Notes under the pieces: generated by a model
The model's input: only the letters and a program-made list of their open reading frames with translations
The model's database searches: none
What the model was told of the DNA's origin: nothing
Position numbers and translations under genes: made by a program
From: Candidatus Hydrogenedentota bacterium
GTDB taxonomy: Bacteria; Hydrogenedentota; Hydrogenedentia; Hydrogenedentales; SLHB01
Length of the DNA: 64,000 nt
Direction: 5' to 3'
Assembly (NCBI GenBank): GCA_963745075.1
Contig: CAVUWV010000020.1
Location: forward strand, 96,001-160,000
Part shown: piece after piece, positions 62,862 to 64,000 of the stretch
Layout of the letters: every line of letters starts with the position of its first letter
Position numbering within the stretch: the stretch's first letter is position 1

Positions 62862-63098
62862 CTAAAGCTTCGACTCGATGTATTTCACTGCGTCGCCGAC
62901 CGTCTGAATCTCGTTTGCTTCGTCATCGATGTCGATGTTGTACTCTTCTTCCAATGCCATCAGAAGCTCCGTAAGATCCAACGAATCCGCGCCGAGGTCA
63001 TCGATAAAGCGCGCTTCGAGCGTGACCTCTTCCGGCTTCCGGTCCAACTTCTCGACCACGATTTTTTTGACCGCCTCTGCGACGTTGTTCTCCGCCAT
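62862..63098 (-). CDS. acpP: acyl carrier protein
   Basis: [11 protein letters not shown] 63098 after GGAGG. Confidence 0.95.
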   Translation of the reverse strand: MAENNVAEAVKKIVVEKLDRKPEEVTLEARFIDDLGADSLDLTELLMALEEEYNIDIDDEANEIQTVGDAVKYIESKL

Positions 63099-63310
63099 AC
63101 GATTCACCTCCCTCCGAATTAAGTCGTGTGGATTCCCGGAGCGTCTCAACCAAACCGCCCGCAGGTGGCAGGAGTATAGCAAACCAAAAACCCGAATTAC
63201 CATTTTTCTCCCCCTGCGATTGCGGGTCTCGCGCGGTGGGGCGGTTCATGCTTCATCGGATTGCAGTCGGGGCTTGCGCAGGGACCACGATTTCGGTATG
63301 TTGGTGCGCC

Positions 63311-63898
63311 ATGGGACGCGATATCGTACATTTCAAATGCCATCATTGTAATCATTGTTGCACCGAGGTGGTGTGCTTACCGACGCCGTGGGACGTTGTC
63401 CGCATCGTGAAACAAACGGGAGCCGACCCCTACGAGTTCCTCGAGTTCCTCGCACCGGACGAGATCGGCGAGGTCGCAAAAAGCGACCCTACCTGGCTGA
63501 ATTGCAACGGAAACCGCTTCATTATGGCGCTGCGGCGGGACGAACGGGGCTGCCACTTCCTCGATAAGAGGACGCGGTATTGCTCGATCTACGAAGCACG
63601 CCCAATCTTGTGCCGGTTGTATCCGTTCAAACTGCAGGAAACGCGCAAGGGCAAGTTCAAAGGGTTCACGCTCCATTCGGATGTGGGATGCCCGCGCCAT
63701 CGCGATGGCGAAGTGCCCACCAAGCCACTGTATGACTTGTATGTCGATGACTCAGAACACCAGGAAGACTATGACGACCTGGTCGAGGTGTTCAACCTGG
63801 ACCAGTACCCCGGGAAACGGCCGGAAGATTTCATCGAGATGTTTGTGAAAGGCGCGCGAAAGAAGAAGAGAAGTTCCGGAACGGGTCAAAAGGCCTGA
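63311..63898 (+). CDS. YkgJ-family cysteine-cluster protein
   Basis: FKCHHCNHCC, C.FL, CSIYEARP..CRLYPF, C. Confidence 0.85.
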   Translation: MGRDIVHFKCHHCNHCCTEVVCLPTPWDVVRIVKQTGADPYEFLEFLAPDEIGEVAKSDPTWLNCNGNRFIMALRRDERGCHFLDKRTRYCSIYEARPILCRLYPFKLQETRKGKFKGFTLHSDVGCPRHRDGEVPTKPLYDLYVDDSEHQEDYDDLVEVFNLDQYPGKRPEDFIEMFVKGARKKKRSSGTGQKA

Positions 63899-64000
63899 AT
63901 TATGCCGAAAAAGGGCGCATTCGACCTTTAGTTGAACACGCCGGCAGGTTTGGGGGGTATGCGGACCACCCCAGCATGCTGTATCTGGTTTTCGGCAGAA

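Noticed and set aside
1..64000. tRNA, rRNA or riboswitch genes
   Set aside because: None recognisable by eye; a covariance-model search is needed to exclude them.

Overview
GC-rich bacterial chromosomal window, mostly housekeeping: mpl, rlmD, nnrD, thiL, yceD-rpmF-plsX-fabG, gltBD, prs, membrane pyrophosphatase and acpP-fabF-rnc, plus signalling genes (two sigma-54 activators, a Ser/Thr kinase with an MshEN-like domain, a PilZ protein). The standout is a minus-strand cluster at 37.7-44.7 kb that looks like an undescribed peptide-modification/export (RiPP-like) system. A near-consensus sigma-70 promoter drives two short Cys-free peptides that share an 'MKH-x3-I[S/T]...A' leader; one of them (44120..44257) is absent from the supplied ORF track. 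A terminator follows, then seven overlapping genes: three RimJ/RimL-type GNATs, a CPBP intramembrane protease, an ABC ATPase, an ABC-2 permease, and an RRE/pseudo-radical-SAM/SPASM protein fused to a fourth GNAT. That protein has lost the CxxxCxxC, GGE and AuxI cysteines but keeps the four AuxII cysteines. The 52.7-58.6 kb region is an accessory zone with REP-like palindromes, an intact RAYT-like Y1 transposase with deleted derivatives, RHS and TPR gene relics and AT-richer orphan genes. Several genes carry single-base frameshifts or an internal stop. All family assignments come from recognising motifs by eye; no database searches were run.
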